From positions 1 to 53,443 of the IMG/VR virus record IMGVR_UViG_3300005747_000096: a DNA stretch of 53,443 bases. One strand, given 5' to 3'. Made by a program: the position numbers and the translations under genes. The notes under the pieces are model-generated. The model made no database searches, had not been told where the DNA came from, and was given only the letters and a program-made list of their open reading frames with translations. Positions 1 to 10,765 of this stretch are shown here, piece after piece (the first letter of the stretch is position 1; each line of letters begins with the position of its first letter). This DNA is from a virus. Taxonomy: Duplodnaviria > Caudoviricetes.

Positions 1-186
1 AGCTACCCGTTTGCGCTGGGCTTCAATGGAAGCGCTAGAGGTAACAGAAGCAGTCGGTGTAGCTTCTTTAACCCGTACCGCCTCAACAGCCGTTGTGCTG
101 GCAATAGACGCACTCGCAGAAGCCTCAACGATGTTAGCGTCGAGAGCCGCTAGTGGTGCTGATGCGAGAGGACTAAATCCTAGCAT
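1..186 (-). CDS. N-terminus (runs off window edge) of large Ala/Ser/Thr-rich repetitive virion protein
   Basis: ATG at 186 just after the upstream stop; reads MLGFSPLASAPLAALDANIVEASASASIASTTAVEAVRV... open to base 1; same repeat style as the ORF at 51978-53443. Confidence 0.75.
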   Translation of the reverse strand, partial: MLGFSPLASAPLAALDANIVEASASASIASTTAVEAVRVKEATPTASVTSSASIEAQRKRVA

Positions 187-189
187 TGA

Positions 190-1181
190 CTAGCCTTCTA
201 ATGAAGCTGTTGGTGGTGTAAAGTTTGAGGTGTAACGAGCTAAACCATCAGCAATACGAAAGTCTTGGATGTAGCCCTGAAAATATGAATTTGCATTTGT
301 TAGGTTTCCAGAACCAATCCTCACTTGATCTCCGTTTGCGCTAGATGCCCAAGAAATTCCACTGAATGTCCCTTGTCCGTCTAAAGTACCATTTATATAG
401 ATTTTTATATTATTATTACCTGAGTTTGCATCTAAAACAACGGCTATATGAGACCAAGAATTTAAAGTTATTGCATTGCTTGAAGAAATTATATTTGACG
501 ATCCAGTCCACCAATAAAAGAATGGTGTGAGAGATTGAAATCCAATACTGAAATATGTATCTCCGATAGCTAATATAGATGGAGATAAATATGAGCTATC
601 CCCGCTACGACTTATAGTTGGATAAACCCATGCCTCTATAGTCATATGTTTGTCGTTGTTTATTAAATTATTTAAAATATCTTTATTGTCGTTAATTATA
701 ATATAATCCCCAGTTCCATCAAAATACATTGACTTAGTATTGCTAAACTTAGCCTGAGTAGTTGAGCCAGTAGTATTACCAACCAGCTTTAGGTTAGCGC
801 CTTGCGATTTATCTATGATCGAAGCGTCTGTGCCTTTAAGGTGTAGTTCTGCGCCAGTTGAAGATAGTGGTGCAGTAGGTATGGCGTAGTATTGCTAGAG
901 GCGTCTTGGACAGAGGTAATGTTAGGGTTCGTATTTACCAAGCTAACAGAGTACCAGCCTGAGCCATTATTGATGTAAAACCGATTAGTGGCAGTCACAT
1001 AAGCCATATCACCCGCAGCAAAGCCAGAGAGAGGTAATAGATCAGCCGTAGCATAGACTACAGCCCCCGCAGCTACCGTATCAAACGCTACGCCCCCAGA
1101 GCCAGTAGACTTGAGGAACTCTCCTGAATTACCGTCATCTAAGACGTTTGCAAGGTTGCTGAGATTTGATGCGTTGCTCAT
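190..1181 (-). pseudogene. Tail fibre/receptor-binding protein with C-terminal LamG/concanavalin domain, split by a frameshift at ~880
   Basis: 813..1181 N-terminus parallels the 365-aa neighbour; at ~880 another frame reads PTAPLSSTGAELHLKGTDAS... directly into 190..729 (MYFDGTGDY..TIEAWVYP..WSHIAVV..YINGTL..FQGYIQDFRI), a LamG-like fold. Confidence 0.7.
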
Positions 1182-1224
1182 AGATTAGTCCTAAATTGGG
1201 TATGGTGCTACGTGAGAAAGCTGA

Positions 1225-2322
1225 TTAAGCCAAAAAGTCTATATAAAAAGCAGTAGAGTTACCTGATCCCACCGTAGTTAGCGACCTCCAGTTTGACTCT
1301 AATACTCCATTAATATAAAACTTTATTTGACCTCCATTAAAATAAGTGTCTGTTAGGTTCCCAAAACCCCAGCCAGTTATGTAAAATCTATGACCTGTAA
1401 CTCCTCCGCTAGTCCACCGAACAGAAAAATTATCATTCGCAGTACTTTCAGATACGAAACAAGTATAAAAAGGATCTGGTACTGTATATCCTGCTGCAGT
1501 AGCGTTGGTTACCATTAATCCGGGACCGGTAGAGTTACTATGTGCGTAATCATCAAATCCCTCACCCCACCCGGGTGCATTTGATGTTGGAGTATAACCA
1601 GCGAAAGTGGTAGAACTCCTTAAAGAAGAGTCCTCAAAAACAGATCCATTACTATTTAAAATTAGAGCATTCCAAATTGTGTAATTAGTAGAACCTGTAC
1701 TTGTTTGATCTACAACAAATCCAGTAATATTTTGTAATCCAAAATTTAAATTAAGAGTAGTAATAGCAGGGGTAAATAAAACTCCGTCAGAGGCTTTAGT
1801 TCTAAATATTACAGTTCCAGCATCAGAGTCACTCGTACTAGGAGTTAAAGTAAATACTCCGCTACTTTCTGATACAGCTGTTAACTGTGGAGGTAAACTA
1901 GATGCATTATATACTGTTGATCCAGAATACGCATCCCAATCATATGTTATAGGAAACCCAGACTCATCAACCGCAACTGCTGTTAAAGTACTTGCAACAC
2001 CACTTGTATCAAGGTCAACTTCAGACGTAGGAGTTGTAGTATATCTAGGGCCTATTTGAGGACCAGAAGAAATCTTATCCCATTCAGAACCATCCCAGAT
2101 ATACAAAGATTTTAAAGCTCCCGATCCAGTTACGTCTTTAACCCAAGCTAAATCTCCATCTGTGTTGCCGCTAGAAGGTAAATCTCCCGTATTATCATAT
2201 ACGGTTACACCACCGGCATCAGCAAAAGCCGCAACTCCGTCACCTTGAGAAGTCAGAACTTGCCCAGAGGTAGCATTGGTGATGGCTGTAGCTATATTGC
2301 CTAGATTGCGGTTGTTGCTCAT
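1225..2322 (-). CDS. Tail fibre/virion structural protein
   Basis: 365 aa, Ser/Thr/Gly-rich; 'VYDNTGDLPSSG..GDLAWV' motif shared with adjacent fibre genes. Confidence 0.7.
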   Translation of the reverse strand: MSNNRNLGNIATAITNATSGQVLTSQGDGVAAFADAGGVTVYDNTGDLPSSGNTDGDLAWVKDVTGSGALKSLYIWDGSEWDKISSGPQIGPRYTTTPTSEVDLDTSGVASTLTAVAVDESGFPITYDWDAYSGSTVYNASSLPPQLTAVSESSGVFTLTPSTSDSDAGTVIFRTKASDGVLFTPAITTLNLNFGLQNITGFVVDQTSTGSTNYTIWNALILNSNGSVFEDSSLRSSTTFAGYTPTSNAPGWGEGFDDYAHSNSTGPGLMVTNATAAGYTVPDPFYTCFVSESTANDNFSVRWTSGGVTGHRFYITGWGFGNLTDTYFNGGQIKFYINGVLESNWRSLTTVGSGNSTAFYIDFLA

Positions 2323-2331
2323 AGAATTACC

Positions 2332-2763
2332 TTATGGTTTCGTAGGCCAAGTAACATTAAAAGGAAAACCCGATTGAGAAGGGATGTCTCGCAAAGCTTG
2401 CCTGTAGGCAGTCATTTCAGAAGACATTGTGCGATCAGATAAAGCATACACATCAGTATCTTCTAAAAGTGAATCCCTTGTGGAACGTGTGTTTTCTGAC
2501 GCTGCGCTTTCTGAAAGATTGCTTACTGAATAAGACAGAACCCAAGTGCCATCGACTAAAACAGGAGTGTCAGACGGGGTTACTGTTTGATACCTGTCAT
2601 CGTGATCAGGAATATCGGTTCTTACAATATAAACATTCCAATCAGTCAAAAGAGAGCTTGTAAGTTTTCTAGGAAAGCTAACAGTTGGGTTGTCAGATTT
2701 TAAATCCGCTAATGAGTACGGAAATGTGTGAATACTGTTATCAGAGTTTACTTTAATATACAT
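2332..2763 (-). CDS. Phage tail fibre assembly chaperone
   Basis: C-terminal 'RSTRDSLLEDTD...YRQALRDIPSQSGFPFNVTWPTKP' is the typical tail assembly chaperone motif. Confidence 0.85.
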   Translation of the reverse strand: MYIKVNSDNSIHTFPYSLADLKSDNPTVSFPRKLTSSLLTDWNVYIVRTDIPDHDDRYQTVTPSDTPVLVDGTWVLSYSVSNLSESAASENTRSTRDSLLEDTDVYALSDRTMSSEMTAYRQALRDIPSQSGFPFNVTWPTKP

Positions 2764-4111
2764 TGCTCATCGCCGTTCCGTCACTGTTAATGCCACCTAA
2801 CAAAAGTGTGTTTTGCAACGTAAGCCCAGCGTGATCTAGCTGGTAATGCCAGCCCGTTGAAGCGCTTGCGTTTCCGCTGGTATAAGTTAGTGCAAAATTT
2901 GTGTATGTTGATTGGCTCACGCTTGAAGCTGAACCAAGATTAACTAAAGTAAGAGTTTCAGTTCCATAACCACTAAAAATAAGAACTCTGTTTCCGTTTT
3001 CATCTATTGTAGAAGCTACGTCAGTTCCTCTGTTAGTAGAGCTGGTGTTATTATGCCCTATTTGTCCACTAGATATTGCTTGACCTGTGGTTAAAACGGG
3101 CATTAAAACTTGCCCTGCCGTGTATGTACTTCCTAAATCGCTTAAATCTAAGAAAGATAGTTGGGTAGTGGCAGCATTTGCAACGCCGTGAACATAATGC
3201 AGAACTTCGTTTGTATCATCGACTGCATAAAAGCTAGTGTAGCGATTACCTGTGTCAGTTGTATTATAATAAGTAAGCCCAACGGCTGAACTACCTTGAT
3301 TTATGTAATCTCCAATGCGGGTGTGATTACTTACATTTGAGTCACTTACATCCCAAACTTCTGGACCCCCAATCAAATCACCAGATCTAAAAACTATTTT
3401 CTTGCGAGGCCAGTAAACAACATCCGCTCTAGTTAATGCAGCGGGTGACAAACTAGCGTTTTGCGCAGTGCCTGCTGTATAACCACTCGCAGATGGTGCA
3501 GCAAAAACTGTTAGGCTACCCGAGGCTCCATTTGCAACAATGTCACTGTAATCAATAGAGGTAAACCTTTCGCTTCCAGCAAATATCATTTGTCGGCTTG
3601 TATCTACCGCCATCTTAGTGAAATGGTTTAAATTAGGTGACTTAGTATAAGTAGCAAGGAGTGTAGGAGATCCACTAAAACTTGTCTTCCAAGAAGAAAC
3701 ATCCCAAAACCCTATCATATCATCTATTTGAGCGACTGTAATTAAAATGTCTGAGCTAGAATCATAGTAACAATTATAGCAACCGTTTAGATCTGACGAC
3801 TGACTAAAAGACCCAAGAATAGACATATTGGTTGGATCAGAAATATCAATAACGGTTATGCTATCGGATAACCTACCGGCTACCCATAAATAATCGTTTA
3901 CAGTATCGACGAAACCACCAATAGCGCCATTTAAAGTTGTCGAGTTTGATACAGAAGAAGCTGGGGTAATGTCGTGCGATTGAAACATTGTGCTGACATC
4001 AATGCTTATGACTGTATCTGTGGCGTAACTAGCTACGAAAATATAAGGAGTAACACTAGCCGCCGCTGCCGCTTTATTTACGCCAATTAATTTTCTCGCT
4101 ATGCTGCTCAC
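2753..4111 (-). CDS. Beta-propeller (LVIVD-like repeat) receptor-binding protein
   Basis: Repeated 'ITVIDISDP', 'FWDVS', 'VWDVSD', 'FLDLSD' blades; lies between a fibre gene and the chaperone. Confidence 0.65.
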   Translation of the reverse strand: MSSIARKLIGVNKAAAAASVTPYIFVASYATDTVISIDVSTMFQSHDITPASSVSNSTTLNGAIGGFVDTVNDYLWVAGRLSDSITVIDISDPTNMSILGSFSQSSDLNGCYNCYYDSSSDILITVAQIDDMIGFWDVSSWKTSFSGSPTLLATYTKSPNLNHFTKMAVDTSRQMIFAGSERFTSIDYSDIVANGASGSLTVFAAPSASGYTAGTAQNASLSPAALTRADVVYWPRKKIVFRSGDLIGGPEVWDVSDSNVSNHTRIGDYINQGSSAVGLTYYNTTDTGNRYTSFYAVDDTNEVLHYVHGVANAATTQLSFLDLSDLGSTYTAGQVLMPVLTTGQAISSGQIGHNNTSSTNRGTDVASTIDENGNRVLIFSGYGTETLTLVNLGSASSVSQSTYTNFALTYTSGNASASTGWHYQLDHAGLTLQNTLLLGGINSDGTAMSNVY

Positions 4112-5637
4112 AACATTGCATCCCCAGCGTGGAAACCATAGTAATTCGTGCCGCCATCCTGAGTGTAGAATACGAATACATCAGTCTCACCACTAGCGGT
4201 TGCTGTGGGAGCAGAGCCGCCAGCCCAATCAACAGAAGCAGGCCAAGTCTGAGTGATTGTTGCGGAAGGAGAAACCTTTAGCGTAAAACCAAAAGCCGTT
4301 CCAGAAGATGGTGGGTTTGAAAATACATAAGTTGGATTGCCCGAAGGTGCGTGAGAAAATACGTTACCAGTAGACAAGTCTAAAGTTCCGCTACTTTCTG
4401 TACCTACAGTTTCCTGATAGGTTACGGGTTTTAAATCGCTAATAAACTCTAACGCATTAGCCCCGCTGTTGACTTGTAGAATTTGACCCGCTGTGCCTAA
4501 GCTTGAGGGCGTATCAGTGAAATCTAAAATACTGTCATTTGCCAGCGAACCGTGTTCGACTACCTCAACAACATCGTTAGCTACAAAAGCTGAAAAGCCT
4601 GTGATCGAAGTGCCGTTGCTTGCTGTGAAATCTACGCCCCCGCCTCGAAGCTTAACGCCGTTTTTGTAGACAGCTACTTTATCAGGGGTGTAATCTACTG
4701 TGACCGAAGTTGCCCCTGTCGTGACCGTAGGAAACGTACTAGCATAAGGGCTGGCAAACGGAGCGCCATATTCGACAACTTCTACAATATCGCCTACAGC
4801 CGTTGCGCTTATAGTGATCTGCGTATCAGTAGCCGTAACTTCGCTATCTTGAAGCTTAACGCCGTTGAGAAACACTGCAATATTAGCAGCTTTCCAAGAA
4901 CCAGTGAAAACAGTTTGACCCGCCGTAGCTGTCGTTTTCGTAGTAGTAATGGGTACTAACGAGCCGCCAGTTGAGCTAGATCCTGATGAGGCGGGTGGAG
5001 TGTAGCTAAATACGCCGCTGGTGTTGTCATAGCTTAAAGCGCCAGAGCCGCTGGCTGAGTTTTGCGTAACCGATAAATCTGTAAGAGCTATGCCGCTAGA
5101 TCCACTAGCCGTAACAACGCCAGAGCCATCTATGCTTAGGCCGCTACCAATTTTAATGCCGCCAAGCGTAGAGCTAGAGGCAGTTGGCAAAGTGTAGCTG
5201 GTGATGTCGCTGTGATTGCCCAAGCGAACCCAATTACCGGCATGAGCAAAATACATAGCGCCATCGCCATGCACATGCGCTATACGCCCGTGATTGCTAG
5301 AAGCTGAAGGCAAGTCGCTGGTGGAGCTATAGACCTCAACGTATTGTAAATCTTCTGCCGCTGGTGAGATAAAGACCTTGGCGCTGCTTGATAAGTTAAG
5401 CAAGCTGCCGGTAGATGAGCTAGTTAAAGATCGTGTGAGAGTGGTTCCTGAGTGTGTATAGGTTCCAGTACCAATCTCCCAAGCTGTACCATCTTCGATA
5501 ACATAGCGAATAGTTTCACCATCCAAAGAAGAAGGCACAGACTGATAACCCGACTCCGCAGAGCCAAGAGTAACAGTACCTGTGCCTGAAGTGCCGCTTG
5601 CAACGGCAACTTTGACCCGATCAGCAAACTTAGCCAT
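4108..5637 (-). CDS. Tail fibre protein
   Basis: 509 aa; '[20 protein letters not shown]', 'VFLNGVKL' and C-terminal '[24 protein letters not shown]' modules typical of marine podovirus fibres. Confidence 0.8.
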   Translation of the reverse strand: MAKFADRVKVAVASGTSGTGTVTLGSAESGYQSVPSSLDGETIRYVIEDGTAWEIGTGTYTHSGTTLTRSLTSSSTGSLLNLSSSAKVFISPAAEDLQYVEVYSSTSDLPSASSNHGRIAHVHGDGAMYFAHAGNWVRLGNHSDITSYTLPTASSSTLGGIKIGSGLSIDGSGVVTASGSSGIALTDLSVTQNSASGSGALSYDNTSGVFSYTPPASSGSSSTGGSLVPITTTKTTATAGQTVFTGSWKAANIAVFLNGVKLQDSEVTATDTQITISATAVGDIVEVVEYGAPFASPYASTFPTVTTGATSVTVDYTPDKVAVYKNGVKLRGGGVDFTASNGTSITGFSAFVANDVVEVVEHGSLANDSILDFTDTPSSLGTAGQILQVNSGANALEFISDLKPVTYQETVGTESSGTLDLSTGNVFSHAPSGNPTYVFSNPPSSGTAFGFTLKVSPSATITQTWPASVDWAGGSAPTATASGETDVFVFYTQDGGTNYYGFHAGDAML

Positions 5638-5646
5638 AGGGGTTCC

Positions 5647-6888
5647 TTAATCTAACTTGATGACAAAATCGCCACTACCAAAACGGAGAATATCACCTGA
5701 GTTCACTGTACGGGAAGTGGTTAATGCACCAGTTAAAAACGGACAATTAGCCTTCCCAACCAAGCTATTAGTGTTAACATATTCCCAATATGTAGGGTTA
5801 TTTGCATACGAGTACGAAGTATCTGAGTCATCACCTCTATATAAACCCCAATGTGTTATTGTACCCCAGTTAGAGGTAGCCTCATCAAAGGCTATAGAGC
5901 TATTGTTAGTTATGGAGGCAACACCACCTGAAATTGAGGCTGTGGCCCATTTGCTGTTTACTTTTACTCTACTATACCCATCGCTCGTACTAGGCTCTAC
6001 TGAGGTTGCTATTTGGCTGGGATTATTTCCGGGGTCGCTTTTATACAAGGCTAAATAAATATCTTGATCTGTGACCGATGAACTTTGAGCTGTAGTGGTG
6101 TTGGGATTGTAGTAATTATAAGTTTTACCTAAATATGGCAACGACATATTAGGCCACGCATGGTTTATAGATCTATGATTGTCAGTTAAACTTGCTGCAT
6201 ATGCGGTAGAATCCCAGTTTGTTGGCATAGTTTCAAAACCCAACCGCCGCATCAACTGAAGTCGCCACTCAGTAGCTATTAATTTATCACCTATAAAACC
6301 AGAAGAGTTTGATGAAAAATTAGTAGCACGATCTAACTGACTATTAGTTAATCCTCCTCTACCCATCTTACTGGGCCAAGCAATTTCGAAGTCTCCTGCC
6401 GGTATTCTAAATACATCACCTGTACCCACACCCACACTCGCAGATAATGCCCCGGTGGCAACCAAACTACTTGAGGAAGTGTTGCTAGCATGATTCCAAA
6501 TAGACCAGTGTGATATGTTTCCCCACGAAGATTGAGCCTCTGCAAAATCAATAGCATGATGATTTGTTAAATTTTCATTGGTTGTATTAAAACTATTTAC
6601 AGTGTCCCATTTTAAGTTACTGCTTACATGGGTAGTATTAGCCTTAGAAAAAACATCACAGTGCGCCCTATTACTTGTAGAAGCCTGAAAAGGCCTAGTA
6701 GTGTCATTAGCGATTTTTATTCGTGCATAGCCCGTACCTGAAGTAGAAACCTCGTTGGATACAGAACTATCTTCTAAAGGAGAGCCTGTATGTAACCCAA
6801 GCCATAATCCGCTAGGAATGTCCAACTCAGTTTGCCCAAACATATGCTTGAGCAAAGCAAGTTCTATATGATCACTTAGAATACCCAT
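5647..6888 (-). CDS. Virion structural protein with two tandem copies of the ~125-aa domain also found in 6901..7290
   Basis: Twice 'LxLxxxxP...GY(A/S)R...I(D/A)FxEAxxxWGxIxHW...GxL....GDxxR..GDF'. Confidence 0.7.
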   Translation of the reverse strand: MGILSDHIELALLKHMFGQTELDIPSGLWLGLHTGSPLEDSSVSNEVSTSGTGYARIKIANDTTRPFQASTSNRAHCDVFSKANTTHVSSNLKWDTVNSFNTTNENLTNHHAIDFAEAQSSWGNISHWSIWNHASNTSSSSLVATGALSASVGVGTGDVFRIPAGDFEIAWPSKMGRGGLTNSQLDRATNFSSNSSGFIGDKLIATEWRLQLMRRLGFETMPTNWDSTAYAASLTDNHRSINHAWPNMSLPYLGKTYNYYNPNTTTAQSSSVTDQDIYLALYKSDPGNNPSQIATSVEPSTSDGYSRVKVNSKWATASISGGVASITNNSSIAFDEATSNWGTITHWGLYRGDDSDTSYSYANNPTYWEYVNTNSLVGKANCPFLTGALTTSRTVNSGDILRFGSGDFVIKLD

Positions 6889-6900
6889 CAGGCGCTCCTA

Positions 6901-7290
6901 TCAGCTAATATTGATGTCTAAATCGCCAGCCGGTATGCGGAAAATATCGCCGGTAGAAATAGCTTTGTCGCTCGTAAGCTGGGCGTGTACGATCATGTCT
7001 GAAGCTGACCCGCCGCTAGATGCGGGCATGATCATAACCGCAATCACTGTTCCGTAATCTGCAGTCGCTTCGGGGAACTCGATTGCCGAAGTATTAGAGG
7101 CGTTGTTTCCAGACACGGTAAATGCCACTGACTGACGAGCATAAGCGCCGCCAGAAACTTCAGTTCCCAGAGCGGTGTCCGTGGGATCTGTGGTGCATAA
7201 AGCCACGTACCAATTTGTAGGCCGTGTTACTGAATCTGTGGTCAGCAAATATTTTAAAGTGTGTGTTTCAAATTCGTTTGAGAGGCTCAT
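6901..7290 (-). CDS. Small virion structural protein (decoration/fibre-anchor type)
   Basis: 'YVALCTTDP..EVSGGAYARQ..IEFPEAT..GDIFRIPAGDL'; follows the capsid gene; GGAG RBS. Confidence 0.7.
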   Translation of the reverse strand: MSLSNEFETHTLKYLLTTDSVTRPTNWYVALCTTDPTDTALGTEVSGGAYARQSVAFTVSGNNASNTSAIEFPEATADYGTVIAVMIMPASSGGSASDMIVHAQLTSDKAISTGDIFRIPAGDLDINIS

Positions 7291-7306
7291 GTGTTTCTCC
7301 TGTTCC

Positions 7307-7678
7307 TCAAATCGTGATGGTGAAAGAGGACACAGCTAACCTGTCTCCTACGAAAAGATTGACGTTGGTTAAGGTGAGATCACCGCCGCCGCCTGTGTTA
7401 GTCACAGTGCCTCTGAAGACTTCGGAGCCACCGCTAGTAAAGATTTTGAATTTGGTTGCCGTACCAGCATTCACTGTGGTGTCAGTGGTAATGGCGTTAG
7501 CAGAAACGGAGCCACTATCTGCGGCTCCGAATGCTGGGTTGGTTAAAGGCAGTGTTGCTAACTCGTTATCTCCAGCATCTAGGATTTGCAGAGTACCCGC
7601 AGAACCCCCACTGTCGATTTCGTCCACGATGCCGTTCAAGGCGGCATTCTTAGCACGATTGGTTAGACTGATTGCCAC
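7307..7678 (-). CDS. Small virion structural protein
   Basis: 123 aa, beta-rich; immediately downstream of the major capsid gene; GAGG RBS. Confidence 0.65.
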   Translation of the reverse strand: MAISLTNRAKNAALNGIVDEIDSGGSAGTLQILDAGDNELATLPLTNPAFGAADSGSVSANAITTDTTVNAGTATKFKIFTSGGSEVFRGTVTNTGGGGDLTLTNVNLFVGDRLAVSSFTITI

Positions 7679-7690
7679 TGCCCTTAGCCT

Positions 7691-8737
7691 CTATGCGAGG
7701 TTGTAGTTCACTGTGAACAGCGCTTCTGGCCTCAGTACCTTCCTGCCGTAAAGCTGCATACCTCGGACCACATCACTAAAGGTGTCTGGAGAACGGAATG
7801 TCTCCACCTTGGCGATTTGATCCGCTACTGCTACTGCAGAATCGTGACCCGCTACCATTACTCCGAAGTTAGTTTCGGAACCCGCAGAAGCGGTAGTGTC
7901 GAGGTTGCCAACATAAGGCAAATTGTTTGACACATAGATAGTGAAGTTACGGATTTTAGCCGGTAGCTTACCATTACGAATTTCATCCGAACCACCGAAG
8001 TCGGCGTTAATTAATTTCGAATCTTCGTCCATAAGGATTTCTGCTACGAGCGGTGAAATAACCATATAACGCCCGTCTGTAGCTACATTAGCCTCATCCA
8101 TCTTACGATTGATGCGGTTCATAACAGCTAATGGTGAAGTAATTCCACCAGCACCACCGCCAGCAGCGAGTGGAATAGACGTTACTTCGCCTGCTACACC
8201 CAAGTCAGAACCACCGAAATCAGTGATGTCTAGCTTGTTAGCAGCCAGCAATTCATCCGTACCCGCCGCAGTATTTGCTACTGTGCCAGATGTGGTTGTA
8301 TTACGTGCCCATGAACCCGGTGTTTTCCACCCAGACATGTAGCCAAGTACTTCCGCATCAAATGCATCACGAAGATCATAACCTGCACGATCTGAGGCGA
8401 GATCCATGAAGTTGAGGTGACTATGAGCAACTTCGATATCTGCCAACGTGAACTGCCAGTAGTTCGCTTTATCTACAACCATAGTGAACGAAGTATCTGT
8501 AAGATCTTGCGTTGCGAGTGTAGTGCCACGTTCCAGATTGTTAATAGTGATTGTTGGTTCACGGACAATAACCACTGAATCGCCGTGTTGGGCGATCTCA
8601 CCAGCGTAGTCGGTGTTAGTTACAGCCTCAACCACAGAACTCTTGCGGAAAGCAAGCTGCGCTTTTTTGCTGTAGATTACGGGTGAAAACCCGCCTGAAT
8701 TTAAGTTAGTATAGCCAGAGGCTTTTGCGAATGCCAT
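7691..8737 (-). CDS. Major capsid protein
   Basis: 'FSPVIYSKK..TNTDYAGEI..GDSV' at N-terminus and 'FSDVVRGMQLYGRKVLRPEAL' at C-terminus; follows scaffold; strong AGGAG RBS. Confidence 0.92.
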   Translation of the reverse strand: MAFAKASGYTNLNSGGFSPVIYSKKAQLAFRKSSVVEAVTNTDYAGEIAQHGDSVVIVREPTITINNLERGTTLATQDLTDTSFTMVVDKANYWQFTLADIEVAHSHLNFMDLASDRAGYDLRDAFDAEVLGYMSGWKTPGSWARNTTTSGTVANTAAGTDELLAANKLDITDFGGSDLGVAGEVTSIPLAAGGGAGGITSPLAVMNRINRKMDEANVATDGRYMVISPLVAEILMDEDSKLINADFGGSDEIRNGKLPAKIRNFTIYVSNNLPYVGNLDTTASAGSETNFGVMVAGHDSAVAVADQIAKVETFRSPDTFSDVVRGMQLYGRKVLRPEALFTVNYNLA

Positions 8738-8803
8738 GTTGTTCTCCTATTGGCATGAAGGGCGAGAACGCCCGGACAAACCCCGAAGAGGACAATTGAG
8801 TGG

Positions 8804-8918
8804 CAGTACTGGGTACTGGGTGGTGCACGAATGCAGGCCAGCCGTACTGGTGGACTAAACGTCTTATATCTTGGGAAAATCAGACAAAGGGGTAGACCCG
8901 TGGGTGGCCCTTTTCTGA
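8804..8918 (-). promoter_or_regulatory. Structured 5' leader of the capsid mRNA (two hairpins with CC/CYAC internal loop)
   Basis: Minus strand: GGG-CC-ACC-CACG-GGT-CTAC-CCC (8880-8918) and CTGG-CC-TGCA-TTCG-TGCA-CCAC-CCAG (8804-8849). Confidence 0.55.
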
Positions 8919-9001
8919 GGTTGAGAGATTGCTCTCAGAAAATAAGTCTACTTTAAACTTATTATCGAAAAGCGGGGCATTTCTGCCCCTGCTCAACTTA
9001 T

Positions 9002-9030
9002 GTTATACCATTAATACAGTGGCATTGCAA
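9002..9030 (-). promoter_or_regulatory. Sigma70-type promoter for the capsid operon
   Basis: TTGCAA-N17-TATAAC with the TGCCAC operator motif in the spacer. Confidence 0.6.
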
Positions 9031-9033
9031 ACA

Positions 9034-9813
9034 CTATCTTGCTGCACCACTTATGTCGTAGCTAAACTGACCGCTGCGGATAGCTTCCTGAATAGCGTCT
9101 GCGTTTTTCTCAAAGTCACGATCCGACATTGAATTCACCATGCTCTCAGAAAACTCTGCCCGTTGGTTAGCCGCTGGAGTAGACCGAGACAGCCTACCCA
9201 CGTCTTCTGCCGCTGATTTAGACTTAGTTTTGCGCTTGCCCGTATCAGCCTTGTACAAATCAATAGCCCGTGCCGCTGCTTTGGCATCAGTAGTGTTTTT
9301 GTACAGAGCATCTTCGATATACTGCGGCTGTTCTGCCACCCATTCATGGAACGAGGGGTCTTGCCGAATATCGTGGAAGTCAGGATGCAGTTTAACCAGT
9401 TGCTGCTCTGCTTCACGCTTAGTCAGCTTCTTTTCTAGGCTGCGTAGGTTATCCATACGCTTATCGCCTTCTTCCAAAGCTTCATTGGCCCTTTTACGTG
9501 CAATAGTATCCACGATTGAAGCCACGTCTGGGTACTTCTTAGACCATTGCTCAATCTCTTCATCAGACTTAGGAAACTTGATCTGGCCTTTAGCTGCCTG
9601 ATCTAATTGCTGCCGTAGCTGTGCAACTTCTTCATCCTTTTGTTGGAGAAGCTGTTGTTGATGCCGTCGAAGGTCACCGTACCGCTTTTTATAGGTAGCA
9701 TCTTCAGAATCTACCGGCTCTGGGCCGTCTGCTTGTGCTTCTTGCTGTTGCGCAAGTTCTTCGCTGTAAGAAAGACCATTGTCTTCCTCATTCTGTCTTT
9801 TATATTTTGCCAT
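9034..9813 (-). CDS. Capsid scaffolding protein
   Basis: Acidic/coiled-coil, 'YKKRYGDLRRH', 'HPDF', C-terminal 'YDISGAAR'; lies between portal and MCP. Confidence 0.85.
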   Translation of the reverse strand: MAKYKRQNEEDNGLSYSEELAQQQEAQADGPEPVDSEDATYKKRYGDLRRHQQQLLQQKDEEVAQLRQQLDQAAKGQIKFPKSDEEIEQWSKKYPDVASIVDTIARKRANEALEEGDKRMDNLRSLEKKLTKREAEQQLVKLHPDFHDIRQDPSFHEWVAEQPQYIEDALYKNTTDAKAAARAIDLYKADTGKRKTKSKSAAEDVGRLSRSTPAANQRAEFSESMVNSMSDRDFEKNADAIQEAIRSGQFSYDISGAAR

Positions 9814-9850
9814 TTTTGCCTCATTGGGGGCCGCTGTTGCGGGTAGCCCT

Positions 9851-10765
9851 TTAAGACATGATCATTAGTTTTGGTTTGCTGACCATGCCTGGTAAGTTGG
9901 ATGTAGTAGGCAAGATCTCCCCATCTTCCTCATCATCCAGCATGTCATCTACCTCTACGGTAGCGACTTCTACTTCAACGTCCTCTGAAGGAACGTCTTC
10001 TTCAGCTTCAGATCCCTCTTCAGGCTCTTCAGCTTCCTCTCCTGCATACTGTATAAGGCCCATATCATACATTCCCATGAGGCCCAGTTCGGCCTCTGAC
10101 TGCATGTCCATAATATGTTTAAGGCCGTGCCATTTAACGACATTAGCAGGGAGAACATATTCACCTTCGCTAATCATCGCTTCAATATCATCCCGTACAT
10201 TCTCTGCACTTGAACCAATTGGAATAGGGTTGCCTGATACGGGGTCAGACATCATGCCGCCACCGCAATCACAGTCATCACCGCCTTCGCATCCACATGG
10301 CATACCGCCGTGGTACATTTTCATGGCTTTCTGGACTGTCTCTCCACGCTGTTTTTCGTAATCAGACAGTTTGTTATCATTATTAAGATCAGCGTTTTTT
10401 TCATCTAGCTGAAACCGTTTATCTGCCATTTCTTTACCTTCCTCTGTGGTAATTCCCTTGCGGGCTGTTGCAAGACCGCCCAGCGCAAATGTCGGGGAGT
10501 TTTCATCTACAATCCCGCCTTCATTAAAATATTTTCTTGCTTTTTGGATAATGGGGCCAGTATTTACCCCTATCTTTTCTAAGCCGATAATACCCGCCAT
10601 ACCGCCCATTTTTGCAGTATCTTTCAGTACATCAAAAAAAGAATATGGTTCTTCTTCATCATTCCAATCCTTAAAATCTTCGGGATACTTATCCATCAAA
10701 TACTTTAATTCTTGGCGGTGAATCAGGTATTCCTGTTCTTCCTGATTGTACTCTTTATCTGGCAC
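9851..10765 (-). CDS. Conserved acidic virion-associated protein
   Basis: 'DPVSGNPIPIGS..VRDDIEAMISEGEYVLPANVVKWHG' plus several [MF]xxGG motifs. Confidence 0.65.
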   Translation of the reverse strand: MPDKEYNQEEQEYLIHRQELKYLMDKYPEDFKDWNDEEEPYSFFDVLKDTAKMGGMAGIIGLEKIGVNTGPIIQKARKYFNEGGIVDENSPTFALGGLATARKGITTEEGKEMADKRFQLDEKNADLNNDNKLSDYEKQRGETVQKAMKMYHGGMPCGCEGGDDCDCGGGMMSDPVSGNPIPIGSSAENVRDDIEAMISEGEYVLPANVVKWHGLKHIMDMQSEAELGLMGMYDMGLIQYAGEEAEEPEEGSEAEEDVPSEDVEVEVATVEVDDMLDDEEDGEILPTTSNLPGMVSKPKLMIMS

